Both the position numbers and the translations under genes were made by a program. From a virus (Duplodnaviria; Caudoviricetes), in the IMG/VR virus record IMGVR_UViG_3300020045_005713, positions 1 to 39,631 of that record: a stretch of DNA of 39,631 nucleotides; one strand, given 5' to 3'. The notes under the pieces were generated by a model. The model did no database searches. It was not told the DNA's origin and was given only the letters and a program-made list of their open reading frames with translations. Shown piece by piece: positions 1 through 8,062 of this stretch (the stretch's first letter is position 1; every line of letters begins with the position of its first letter).

Positions 1-132
1 TTATGAAATTTATTTTTCATTTGGAGCCGTGAGGAAATTAATTTCTTCATAGGGGAATCTCATAGGGAAAACTTTTCTGTTGCGTGCGTGAGGGTGAGGT
101 GTGACAATGCGGGCGGGATCATAGGTGGAATC

Positions 133-330
133 ATGACGCTGAAAGAATACGTGAATGCCGAGGCGAGCGCGCCGCGTGGTGTTACGCTGAGATATTTCGA
201 CGATGATGGCGCACATGTGTGCGACGATTGCGCTGGTGCTATTGAGCGCGGGTATGCGTGCGACCACTGCTATGCGGTGGTTTGTGGTGAGTGCGTTGGC
301 AATCACGGGGAACACTGCGATAGGGTGTAG
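133..330 (+). CDS. small Cys/His-rich zinc-binding protein
   Basis: ATG at 133 after AGGTGG; three CxxC motifs plus HxxHC (CDDC, CDHC, CGEC, HGEHC). Confidence 0.55.
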   Translation: MTLKEYVNAEASAPRGVTLRYFDDDGAHVCDDCAGAIERGYACDHCYAVVCGECVGNHGEHCDRV

Positions 331-339
331 GGGAAGCGA

Positions 340-669
340 ATGAGCGAACTACTGACGTACTGCGAGCATGGGGTTTTGTCCGATGGGGAATGTTTGCGGT
401 GTGAGTTGCGTGCGGCGCGTGCGTGGGGTGAGGAGTCGGAGGCTCGGAATCGGCGGCTGATGCTGGAGATTTCGGACTTAAAGGACGCATTGCTGCACTG
501 GAAGGAGCCGGAGCGTGCGTGCGCGCTTGAAAAAGCAGTGGCGAAGCTCCTCGATATGCCATCGTGCTGTAGCACGGATGCGGAGATACTGGCGAACAAT
601 CGAGTGCGTGCGGCTGCGCGGGCGGTGCTTTTGAGGGGTGTATCCGTTGAGCGGGTGGAAAATACATGA
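340..669 (+). CDS. hypothetical phage protein
   Basis: 109 aa ORF after GGGG RBS; N-terminal CEH..CLRC followed by a helical segment. Confidence 0.55.
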   Translation: MSELLTYCEHGVLSDGECLRCELRAARAWGEESEARNRRLMLEISDLKDALLHWKEPERACALEKAVAKLLDMPSCCSTDAEILANNRVRAAARAVLLRGVSVERVENT

Positions 670-749
670 GCGAGCGGGCGGCGGTGGCTGTGGCGCAGGT
701 GGCCTGGGTGGTGTTGTGTGTTTGCGCGAATCGAATCGTGGAGGATTGC

Positions 750-1190
750 ATGAGCGGGCCATCGAAGACGCCGGTTGAGCAGCTTACGGCGCGCGGGTCG
801 TGGCGCGCGAAGGCGGCGGTTGTGCCTGCGGGCGGCGGAATGCCTGCGTGTCCAGCGTGGCTATCGGCTGAATCGCGCGTGGCGTGGGGTGAACTTGCGC
901 CGGAGCTTGAGCGGTTGGGGACGGTGACGGCGGCGGACGCGCTGGCGTTGGCGATGCTGGCGGATTCGCTGGCTCAATACCGGGCGGCGTGCAAAGAGAT
1001 CGAAGCGGATGGCCTGGTGCTGACGGCTGAGCGTGGGCCGGTGCGGAATCCGTGCGTGGCGATACGGGACGCGGCTTGGATGCGGGTGATGAAGGGCTGC
1101 CGGGAGTTCGGGCTGACGCCGGTGTCGCGGTCGAGTGCTCCGCAGGCTCCGGTATCGGACTCGACAGAGCGGTTTTTCGAGGGCGATTAG
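750..1190 (+). CDS. terS: terminase small subunit, P27 family
   Basis: ATG at 750 after GAGG; MSGP.KTP N-terminus, CPAWLS..W..L, NP.V.I and EFGLTPVSR are typical of P27-family TerS. Confidence 0.9.
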   Translation: MSGPSKTPVEQLTARGSWRAKAAVVPAGGGMPACPAWLSAESRVAWGELAPELERLGTVTAADALALAMLADSLAQYRAACKEIEADGLVLTAERGPVRNPCVAIRDAAWMRVMKGCREFGLTPVSRSSAPQAPVSDSTERFFEGD

Positions 1191-1253
1191 CGGCGATAAT
1201 CGAATGACTGATTTGTGTATTGCATGTTTCAAAACGTGCGGTTTAATTCTGAT

Positions 1254-1472
1254 ATGAGCGGACGTGAGCGGGATGAGGCTGAGCATCGGGCGGCGCTTGA
1301 ACGCTTTGGCGGGAAGATGCCCGATGGTTCGGCGTGCAAGCCGATTTCGATTTACCAGCGGCAACTGAGTTCGCTATTGTCTGCGAGAAACGTCTTTCGG
1401 CGCGGGCGGCATAAGCGCGCCTCTGACGCTTGGGGCCGGGATAGAGCAACCGAGAATGATGATTTGAAATGA
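1254..1472 (+). CDS. hypothetical protein
   Basis: ORF from ATG 1254, just downstream of a TTGCAT/TTTAAT promoter-like sequence; stop overlaps the next start (ATGA). Confidence 0.4.
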   Translation: MSGRERDEAEHRAALERFGGKMPDGSACKPISIYQRQLSSLLSARNVFRRGRHKRASDAWGRDRATENDDLK

Positions 1473-1630
1473 AAAAGAAAAAGCGCGCGCTGCGTTCGCG
1501 GTTGGCATCCTACAGCTACGAGCATCGCGCGTTGAGCGGCCAGGGGCGTCTCGACATTATTTTGCGAGAAGCATTTGTCCGAGCGGGGCGGTTCGATCTT
1601 GCGGCGGCGGCGCGTGATGCGCGGGGATAA
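1469..1630 (+). CDS. small basic hypothetical protein
   Basis: MKKKKRALRSRL...ARDARG, translated by hand; ATGA coupling to the upstream ORF. Confidence 0.4.
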   Translation: MKKKKRALRSRLASYSYEHRALSGQGRLDIILREAFVRAGRFDLAAAARDARG

Positions 1631-1638
1631 CATCTTGA

Positions 1639-1866
1639 ATGAAAAAGAAAAAGCGAGACGGGCGTGGCGGGAAGCGGGCGGGGGCTGGCAGGCCGAAAAT
1701 CGCGCCGGTATTACGTCGTATTACGACGGGCTACCGGCTCACCCCGGCGCTGGCTGCGTTCGTGGAGGATGTCGCGCGGGTCGAGGGAATCTCGCAGGGG
1801 CAGGCTCTTGAGAAACTTTTGAGCGAAAATATTCGTCCTATAAAGCTAGGAGTCGTATTCAGTTAG
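1639..1866 (+). CDS. small DNA-binding protein (possible ribbon-helix-helix)
   Basis: RGGKRAGAGRP motif followed by a strand-helix-helix pattern (TTGYRLTPALAAFVEDVARVEGISQGQALEKLL). Confidence 0.6.
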   Translation: MKKKKRDGRGGKRAGAGRPKIAPVLRRITTGYRLTPALAAFVEDVARVEGISQGQALEKLLSENIRPIKLGVVFS

Positions 1867-1896
1867 AAGATTCTCGTATTTTCTTTTGAATTATGT

Positions 1897-1924
1897 TTGC
1901 ATTAATCAAAAACCGTTGTATTCT
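1897..1924 (+). promoter_or_regulatory. putative sigma70-type promoter for the early cassette array
   Basis: TTGCAT (1897-1902), 16 bp spacer, TATTCT (1919-1924) in an AT-rich intergenic island. Confidence 0.5.
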
Positions 1925-1969
1925 TTATTCATCAACCGGCCAGAAGCCGGGGGAAAAAGGAGAACGCAG

Positions 1970-2161
1970 ATGAAAACTTACGCAGAGCCAAAAACAATCG
2001 TGTGCAACGCGCCTGAGGGCCGGATCACCGTTGCAACTGTCGCGCGGATCGTGACGGGCGGCAATCCCGGAACGGGCCTTCGCCGCTCGTACCGCGTGGA
2101 CGCTTCAGGGCGGGCGTTCTGGCGCAGCGCGTCAGGCAGTTGGGTTACCGCCCCCATCTAA
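1970..2161 (+). CDS. small early hypothetical protein (cassette 1)
   Basis: AGGAG RBS then ATG 1970 (MKTYAEPK...). Confidence 0.65.
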   Translation: MKTYAEPKTIVCNAPEGRITVATVARIVTGGNPGTGLRRSYRVDASGRAFWRSASGSWVTAPI

Positions 2162-2245
2162 TCGCCCCACCCCCCACCCGCCCCGATTCGTTCGGGGCTT
2201 TCCCGTTACCAGACGGCCAGAAGCCGACTGAGGAGGAAAACCAAG

Positions 2246-2587
2246 ATGAACATGGGATACTGCAAGTTTGAGAACACGTTGGCGGATTTTGAGGAGTGCG
2301 AAAGCGCGCTCCGAAACAACGAATCGCTTTCGCAAAACGAGCGCGAGGCGGCAAAGCAAATGCTGCTAGTAGCCGCTAGTCTGGCTCTGGACTTTGGGCT
2401 GCTATCTCTCAAGCGAGACGCCATTGATATGGCCGCGATTGAGGCCGCGCTACCACGCAAAGACCTGTTCGCTCGCGAGCTGTCCGACAACGAACTTGCC
2501 GGACTAGACGAGATACACGCTGACGAGGAACGTGAGAAACTGGAAGCAGAAATCAAGTCCCGCGAAAATGAGGAAGAATATCTATAG
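2246..2587 (+). CDS. acidic early hypothetical protein (cassette 2)
   Basis: GAGGAGG RBS; begins NMGYCKFENTLADF. Confidence 0.75.
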   Translation: MNMGYCKFENTLADFEECESALRNNESLSQNEREAAKQMLLVAASLALDFGLLSLKRDAIDMAAIEAALPRKDLFARELSDNELAGLDEIHADEEREKLEAEIKSRENEEEYL

Positions 2588-2679
2588 CCCGCCCTTCCAT
2601 CATTCCCGCCCCGCCCGGTGTCGATCACACCGGGCTTACTGCATTGAACGGGCCGGAAGCCCGATAGGAGAAAACGAAA

Positions 2680-2847
2680 ATGCAGGTCAGCAAAAAAAGT
2701 TTCCGCAAATTCATCGAGCATTGCGCCGCGTACCGCCGCGAAGAGGAAAAGCGTGGCGTAAAGTTCGGCTTGATTTATGCGATCAAGCCAACGCAAAACG
2801 AGGCCGATTACCAGGGCAAGCCGGTCAAGGTCACGATTCCTGAATAG
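2680..2847 (+). CDS. small early hypothetical protein (cassette 3)
   Basis: AGGAG RBS, ATG 2680, MQVSKKSFRKF...KVTIPE, TAG at 2845-2847; translated by hand. Confidence 0.65.
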   Translation: MQVSKKSFRKFIEHCAAYRREEEKRGVKFGLIYAIKPTQNEADYQGKPVKVTIPE

Positions 2848-2951
2848 CCGCCGTGCCACGCCGTTCTCCGTGTGGAGCACGGCTTCTGCCGCTGGCCGGG
2901 GGCGGGGCGATCCCCGGCAAAAATTCGCGCCGGAAGCGCAAAGGAGAAAAG

Positions 2952-3176
2952 ATGAAACTTTACGCCGTGTTCGTGAAGCGCGACGCCGACGAGTATTTGC
3001 AGTTGCTCGATTCCCGCCTGTTTCCGAAATTCGACGACGCCGTGGCGCACATGCGCGAGAACATTTTCCCGCACGCGATCTTCCATGTCGGGACGTGCGG
3101 CGACCTCTTCATGTCGGAGACCACCACGTTCAGATACGAAGACGTTTACAACGAACAAAACAACGTTCCTTTTTAG
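2952..3176 (+). CDS. small early hypothetical protein (cassette 4)
   Basis: AAGGAG RBS, ATG 2952 (MKLYAVFVKR...). Confidence 0.65.
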   Translation: MKLYAVFVKRDADEYLQLLDSRLFPKFDDAVAHMRENIFPHAIFHVGTCGDLFMSETTTFRYEDVYNEQNNVPF

Positions 3177-3185
3177 GAGATTGCA

Positions 3186-3512
3186 ATGCCGAAGCAGAAA
3201 GAGAGTGACTGCGAGCGGGAGGCGTGGCTCTATATCGCGAGGCGGTGGGACCGCGCGCGGCGTTGTTCGTGCGATCCACACTGTACGTCTTTTATTGCGC
3301 ATATTGAGTCATTCGCATGTGAAGGAATTTGTGTTTGTATTGATCTGATGCCTGACGTGGACAAAGACGTGCGTGAGCGTATGGCGCAGAAAATATACGC
3401 GGTTCAACACGGGAGCCTGTTTCTCTACCCGCGCACTCTTGCGGGCGCGAAGAAACGCGCGGCGTTCTGCCGGAAACAGGCGAAACTTTTGACGAAAGGT
3501 AAGCGGAAATGA
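3186..3512 (+). CDS. hypothetical Cys-containing phage protein
   Basis: AGGAG RBS; ATGA overlap with the erf-like gene. Confidence 0.6.
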   Translation: MPKQKESDCEREAWLYIARRWDRARRCSCDPHCTSFIAHIESFACEGICVCIDLMPDVDKDVRERMAQKIYAVQHGSLFLYPRTLAGAKKRAAFCRKQAKLLTKGKRK

Positions 3513-4291
3513 AGAAACCAAACGATGACGGGGGAGAAGTCGCGGGCGCTGGCGGGGGCGGATCGCAGATAATCCCCGCCAGCGCGGGGCAACTCGCGAA
3601 GCCTGAACCGCGGACGGGCGATCTAATCGCGATGGTCTTATCGAAGGCGATCACCCCTGACGCCGTTGGAGTGATTGAAAGGCTGGTTGCCTTGAAGCGC
3701 GACGAGGAAGACAGGAACGCCAAGCGGGAATTTGCGCAGGCGTTCAACGCGCTTCAATCCGAAATCCCGGTTATTAAGGCCGAGCGGGTCGTGCCGAACA
3801 AGGACGGCTCTACGCGCTACCTCTACGCGCCTTACGAGGACATCATGCGGCAAGCCACGCCGATTCTGAGGCGGCACGGTTTCTCGCTGGCGTTCTCCAC
3901 GAAGGTCGAGGGCGCGCGCGTGACGGCTATCTGCACACTGCTCCACGCGGGCGGGCACGAACGCACGAACGAGTACGCGGTACGCATCGGCGGCGGGCCA
4001 CCGGGCGCAACGGAGTGCCAAGCGGACGGAGCAGCATACACCTACGCCCAGCGTGGCGCTTTGTGCGATTGCCTTGGAATCACGGTGAGCGGGCGCGACA
4101 ATGACGCGCGGGAAATCGGCGCGCCGATAACGCCAGACCAAGCCGAGCACTTGAAGCAGCGCGTCGCGGAAACGAAGAGCGACGCCACGAAGTTCCTGAG
4201 CGTTGCCGGTGCAACGTCATTCGAGACGATCCCAACGAGCAAATACGCGCTACTGGACGCGATGCTGAAAAAGAAAGAAGGTCTGGCATGA
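3509..4291 (+). CDS. erf: ERF-family single-strand annealing protein
   Basis: F..A...LQSEIP.I, Y.YA.YEDI, L.H..GH and GAAYTYAQR..L (ERF GS..TYA.RY motif); adjacent to a YqaJ exonuclease. Confidence 0.88.
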   Translation: MKKPNDDGGEVAGAGGGGSQIIPASAGQLAKPEPRTGDLIAMVLSKAITPDAVGVIERLVALKRDEEDRNAKREFAQAFNALQSEIPVIKAERVVPNKDGSTRYLYAPYEDIMRQATPILRRHGFSLAFSTKVEGARVTAICTLLHAGGHERTNEYAVRIGGGPPGATECQADGAAYTYAQRGALCDCLGITVSGRDNDAREIGAPITPDQAEHLKQRVAETKSDATKFLSVAGATSFETIPTSKYALLDAMLKKKEGLA

Positions 4292-4953
4292 AAATCCACA
4301 ACGTTGCGCAGCACTCGGTTGAATGGTTCAAGCTTCGTGCTGGCGTTGTCACCGCTTCGGAACTTCACAGGCTGATAACACCGCTTTGGAAAATCCGAAC
4401 AGGCGACGGGCCGCAAACGTATCTCTGCGAAAAACTGGCGGAGTGGAAACTGCAAGGGCCGCTGCCGGACTTCGGGCGCTCATTCGGTGCGCTTGAACAG
4501 GGTACAATCTTGGAAGAAGAGGCGATTCCGTTCTACGAGTTCACCACGGGAGAGACGATCAGCCGGGTTGGATTCATTACCACGGACGACGGGCGATTCG
4601 GCTGCTCACCGGACGGGCTGATACAAGTTCCAACGACAATCTCGAATCCAGGCATCGCAGTGCAGGACGGCTGGACGCGCACGGCGGGGATCGAAATCAA
4701 ATGCCCGCAACCGCACACGCATGTAGGCTACCTACTTGACGGCGTTGTGCCGCCGGAGTACCTTGCGCAAATTCACGGGAGTATGTACGTCACCGGATTT
4801 CAGCGGTGGAAGTTCATGAGTTTCAGCCGGAGTTTCGAGCCGCTGATTCTGACCGTGGAGCGCGACGAAAAGATTCTGCCGGTGATAAAACTGGCGTTGG
4901 AAATCTTCGCTGAAAAGTTTGAGTCTGGTAAAAAGAAGTTGGGCGGTGCATAA
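4288..4953 (+). CDS. YqaJ / lambda-exonuclease family nuclease
   Basis: Q.S.EW..LR.G.VTAS, G..LE..A, GCSPDGL, IEIKCP and Y.AQI motifs. Confidence 0.93.
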   Translation: MKIHNVAQHSVEWFKLRAGVVTASELHRLITPLWKIRTGDGPQTYLCEKLAEWKLQGPLPDFGRSFGALEQGTILEEEAIPFYEFTTGETISRVGFITTDDGRFGCSPDGLIQVPTTISNPGIAVQDGWTRTAGIEIKCPQPHTHVGYLLDGVVPPEYLAQIHGSMYVTGFQRWKFMSFSRSFEPLILTVERDEKILPVIKLALEIFAEKFESGKKKLGGA

Positions 4954-4971
4954 CCATCGGAGGGACTGGAA

Positions 4972-5880
4972 ATGAGCGTCAAGGCTTGCGCTTGCTCTTA
5001 CGTGCGGTGCGTCGATCCGGTTACCCCGCGTCTAGTCAAAGACGCGGTTTATCGTGTCGATGGTTTTGATGATCTTCTAAATGTAACTGATGGTAAAGTT
5101 CCGCTATTGTTCGCTCCGTTCCGTTTCGTCCCGTGGACGCCGAGGGAGGGTGATTGGATTACGTCGAGCGAAGCCACGGCAACCTGCGCGATTGTGTTGG
5201 GAAAACAGACCGGCGAGAATAGTTTTGAGTGCGCCACACTCGGGTATGTCGGAGTGAAATTTACGCCGGGAAATAAATGGGTTCCCGTGCTTGGACGCGC
5301 TCCGCTCCAGACGGGCGTCGATATGGCTAGAGGAGATTCGTGTTCGGTTGTTCAACCAACTCCACGAACTTTCCAAGTTGGGGACGTGGTGGAGTGCTTG
5401 CTAGATGCGGAATGGGGGCACAGTGAACAGAATGGAGCAATAAGTGAGATCATTGACATACTTCAAAGCGACAGAGGCGGAACGTGTGCTTGCCTTGAGT
5501 TTAAGTGGTGGATATGGCCGGTGCGCAGCCTCAAACTGATTAAGGCCGTGGAGGAAATCGTACAGGGGCGTGAAAGTGTTGAACCTGTCGTTCCGGCAAA
5601 AGCGCCAGATTGCCGGGAGTCGAGTCAGCCGACTGAAACCGTTACGGCGGGACGCATGGCTGATACCGCCAAACATTTCGACCCCGACGCCGCATTCTGG
5701 CGCGCACACAACGCGTCGGTCATGGCGCGGAACTTCCCGCCGCTGAACAGAGAGGGAAGGCCGCTGCAAAAGATTGAGCCTCTACCTAAGTCTCTGCTTT
5801 GGCAGGGACACGCAGAGGACTGGCGCGGAATGCAGGTTCGAGAAGAGGAACGCGAAGCCCGCAAGTACGCGGGAATGTAA
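4972..5880 (+). CDS. hypothetical protein with SH3/KOW-like modules
   Basis: 302 aa ORF with GGAGG RBS; FQVGDVVE and PREGDWI-type segments. Confidence 0.6.
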   Translation: MSVKACACSYVRCVDPVTPRLVKDAVYRVDGFDDLLNVTDGKVPLLFAPFRFVPWTPREGDWITSSEATATCAIVLGKQTGENSFECATLGYVGVKFTPGNKWVPVLGRAPLQTGVDMARGDSCSVVQPTPRTFQVGDVVECLLDAEWGHSEQNGAISEIIDILQSDRGGTCACLEFKWWIWPVRSLKLIKAVEEIVQGRESVEPVVPAKAPDCRESSQPTETVTAGRMADTAKHFDPDAAFWRAHNASVMARNFPPLNREGRPLQKIEPLPKSLLWQGHAEDWRGMQVREEEREARKYAGM

Positions 5881-5881
5881 A

Positions 5882-6067
5882 TTGGAGCCGAAGCCGAAAG
5901 GCTTGGGAAGTGACTAACCGGGCAGGTGCGGACTACGAATGGCCGAACGACTCAAAGGCATGGCGACACGCATCGGAACAAGGCGCATGGTCATATTCGC
6001 AGTTGAGCACTGCGAAACATCGACGCCCCGGCTTCAAACAATACGTAGCCTTAACCATTTGGTTAAG
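5882..6067 (+). ncRNA. putative structured non-coding RNA
   Basis: outer stem TTGGAGCCG 5882-5890 / CGGCTTCAA 6029-6037; AAGCC-GAAA-GGCTT; TTCGCAGT-TGAGC-ACTGCGAA; following hairpin CTTAACC-ATTT-GGTTAAG; 250 bp gap in otherwise tightly packed genes. Confidence 0.5.
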
Positions 6068-6128
6068 CGTAACGAAATGCTTCGCGCGGCTGCCGAGGGA
6101 GATTAGCGGCGAATGTGAGGGAGTAGTA

Positions 6129-6347
6129 ATGGCTTCATGTGAAAAGTGTTGGCGGGATTCGCACGGCGACCCGCATAAATACGCGCGCCTGTTGATAAAT
6201 CGCCAGTGCACGCCAGAAGAACAGGCTGGGCCTGCCTCCGGGTGGTGCCCGTCCTGTAAGCGCAAGACTATCCACCAGAATTCGTGCGTCTGCATGGTGC
6301 CGTCTTGTGAACCGATGCCCGATTACTCAGAGGAATGCACCACATGA
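6129..6347 (+). CDS. small zinc-finger protein
   Basis: GAGGGAG RBS; CEKC, CPSC and CVC..C motifs. Confidence 0.6.
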   Translation: MASCEKCWRDSHGDPHKYARLLINRQCTPEEQAGPASGWCPSCKRKTIHQNSCVCMVPSCEPMPDYSEECTT

Positions 6348-6493
6348 AAAAGAAACTCGACGAGCGGCTGGCGAGGGCCGTGGCGGTATACCTACGAGAT
6401 CATGGTATCTCGTCACCGGGAATTAGATCGCTAATTTTGGCTTTATGGATTCTCCCGACGATCCGGCGCGTGCTGAGGAAAAAACGGAAATGA
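6344..6493 (+). CDS. small hypothetical protein
   Basis: ATGA-coupled at both ends; MKKKLDERLARAV... Confidence 0.45.
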   Translation: MKKKLDERLARAVAVYLRDHGISSPGIRSLILALWILPTIRRVLRKKRK

Positions 6494-7041
6494 AAATTCT
6501 CGTTGCGTGCGAATTTTCCGGCGTGGTTCGTGAGGCGTTCAAGAGGCGCGTCCATGATGCGTGGTCATGCGATTTACTGCCCACGGAGATTCCAGGCCAG
6601 CATATCCAAGGCGATGTTTTGGACGTGATTGAACGGGGCTGGGACATGATGATTGCGCATCCGCCATGCACTCATTTGGCCGTAAGCGGGGCGCGTTGGT
6701 TTGCCGGAAAACAGGTAGAGCAACGAGAAGCCATAGCCTTTTTCATGGCTCTTGTAAACGCGCCGATCCAGCGCATTGCGATTGAAAATCCAGTGTGCAT
6801 CATGTCTCGGCTGTACCGCAAGCCAGATCAGATAATCCAGCCGTGGCAACACGGGCACGGAGAAACCAAGGCAACGTGTCTGTGGCTAAAGAGCTTGCCA
6901 ACACTTGTGCCTACTAACATCGTAGATGGCCGAGAGGCGCGGGTTCACAGAATGCCGCCGTCACCGACTCGCTGGAAGCTACGGTCAAAAACATTTCAAG
7001 GCGTTGCCGACGCGATGGCGGAACAGTGGGGCAACACATGA
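6490..7041 (+). CDS. short phage C5 DNA-cytosine methyltransferase-like protein
   Basis: MKILVACEFSG (motif I-like), IAHPPCT (catalytic PC), IAIENP (motif VI), K.TCLW; no full TRD. Confidence 0.8.
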   Translation: MKILVACEFSGVVREAFKRRVHDAWSCDLLPTEIPGQHIQGDVLDVIERGWDMMIAHPPCTHLAVSGARWFAGKQVEQREAIAFFMALVNAPIQRIAIENPVCIMSRLYRKPDQIIQPWQHGHGETKATCLWLKSLPTLVPTNIVDGREARVHRMPPSPTRWKLRSKTFQGVADAMAEQWGNT

Positions 7042-7232
7042 AAATCGGTCACCACCAAGCCCACCCGTCGCGCGGCGTTCTATTGCGTTACGTTACGCTC
7101 GAAACCGCGCGCGACGCGGTAAAGAAATGCACGGATTGTAAGGCGCGGCTCAATTCGTACAACATGGGGCCGTTGTGCTGGCGTTGTTTTCGGCGTAGAT
7201 TCGAGGACGGAAAACGATTGGAGGCTGAATAG
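7038..7232 (+). CDS. small zinc-finger protein
   Basis: CTDC...CWRC; ATGA-coupled to the upstream gene. Confidence 0.55.
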   Translation: MKIGHHQAHPSRGVLLRYVTLETARDAVKKCTDCKARLNSYNMGPLCWRCFRRRFEDGKRLEAE

Positions 7233-7520
7233 ATGACTGAGAAACAATTCTTGAAGGCGCTGGCGAAACACAAGGGCGAGTTCTATTTGGCGGGGAAGCG
7301 CGTGCGTGGGATAAAAACTGCGTGCTGCCCGATGGAGCATGTCGCGGGAACAGGCCCGCTGAATTACGCATACGCGGCGCGCACCTTGAAAATCAAAACA
7401 GAGTTGTCCCGGCAGATCACATGCGCGGCGGATGGCGTGGATTATCTATTCGGTCGATACTCTCGCCCTTTGCGCAAGAAGATTTTGAAGGCCGTGGGCT
7501 TGAAGGAGGCAAAATGCTGA
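7233..7520 (+). CDS. hypothetical basic protein
   Basis: GGAGG RBS; 95 aa ORF in the operon. Confidence 0.6.
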   Translation: MTEKQFLKALAKHKGEFYLAGKRVRGIKTACCPMEHVAGTGPLNYAYAARTLKIKTELSRQITCAADGVDYLFGRYSRPLRKKILKAVGLKEAKC

Positions 7521-7813
7521 CAATTGAAGAAATCGCGGCGGCGAAAACCGCTACGAATTTTACGAGCGTCGCGTTCGGGACTTCGCTCGAAGACCTTTGA
7601 CCGGCGGCGAAAGTCGCGCAGTTGCGCGGCGCTCGTTTTGAAGTTGTGGAAGGGCTGAAAGACCAGACAGAGGTTGTCGGATACACGACGGACGACGAGC
7701 GAATCGGTAGGCAGGCAATCGTGGATTGCATCGAGCATACGAAGATGAAAAACACGTATCAATACTGCGAAGTGATGCGCTCCGAGCGCGAAGATTTTGT
7801 GAAGCGTTTTTGA
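7514..7813 (+). pseudogene. small gene interrupted by an in-frame TGA, or two mini-ORFs
   Basis: ATG 7514 with AGGAGG RBS; TGA at 7598-7600; the same frame stays open to 7813. Confidence 0.35.
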
Positions 7814-7831
7814 AATAATTTCAGAAAGTTC

Positions 7832-7860
7832 TTGACCGTTTGTGACGATAGGTGTAGTAA
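7832..7860 (+). promoter_or_regulatory. putative promoter upstream of the replication operon
   Basis: TTGACC, 17 bp, TAGTAA, preceded by an AT-rich tract; same layout as 19230-19258. Confidence 0.55.
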
Positions 7861-7913
7861 TGAATGCAGTAACCGCTGGAGAAGTGTAACAACCAGCCGT
7901 GACAATTAAAGAT

Positions 7914-7980
7914 TCTCCTGCCGCGCGTCGCGAGGATTTTCTCGCAAGGTCGTTACACACCTTCCAACGCGCGCAGGAGG
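7914..7980 (+). ncRNA. putative C4/CI-like antisense regulatory RNA
   Basis: outer stem CTCCTG..CGCGCGT / ACGCGCG.CAGGAG enclosing two hairpins; loop GTTACAC (7952-7958) complementary to upstream GTGTAAC (7884-7890). Confidence 0.6.
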
Positions 7981-8062
7981 ATTTATTAACTCAGGTAGAA
8001 GCTCGGTCGCGCGTTTCCGGAGCGGTCAGCGGCCCGCCTGAGTAGATTTGCTTGAGGCGCGC

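Larger units (their letters stand above)
1936..2939 (+). repeat. four dispersed hairpins with a C(A/G)GAA loop, each directly upstream of an RBS
   Basis: ccggc-CAGAA-gccgg 1936-1950; cggc-CAGAA-gccg 2214-2226; cgggc-CGGAA-gcccg 2649-2663; gcgc-CGGAA-gcgc 2927-2939; stems differ in sequence but all pair. Confidence 0.8.

Noticed and set aside
666-749. N-terminal extension of TerS from ATG 666
   Set aside because: Family-like sequence starts at ATG 750, which has its own RBS
7598-7600. Genome-wide stop-codon reassignment or selenocysteine
   Set aside because: TGA, TAG and TAA all end conserved genes normally; no convincing SECIS or Cys-type context at this site
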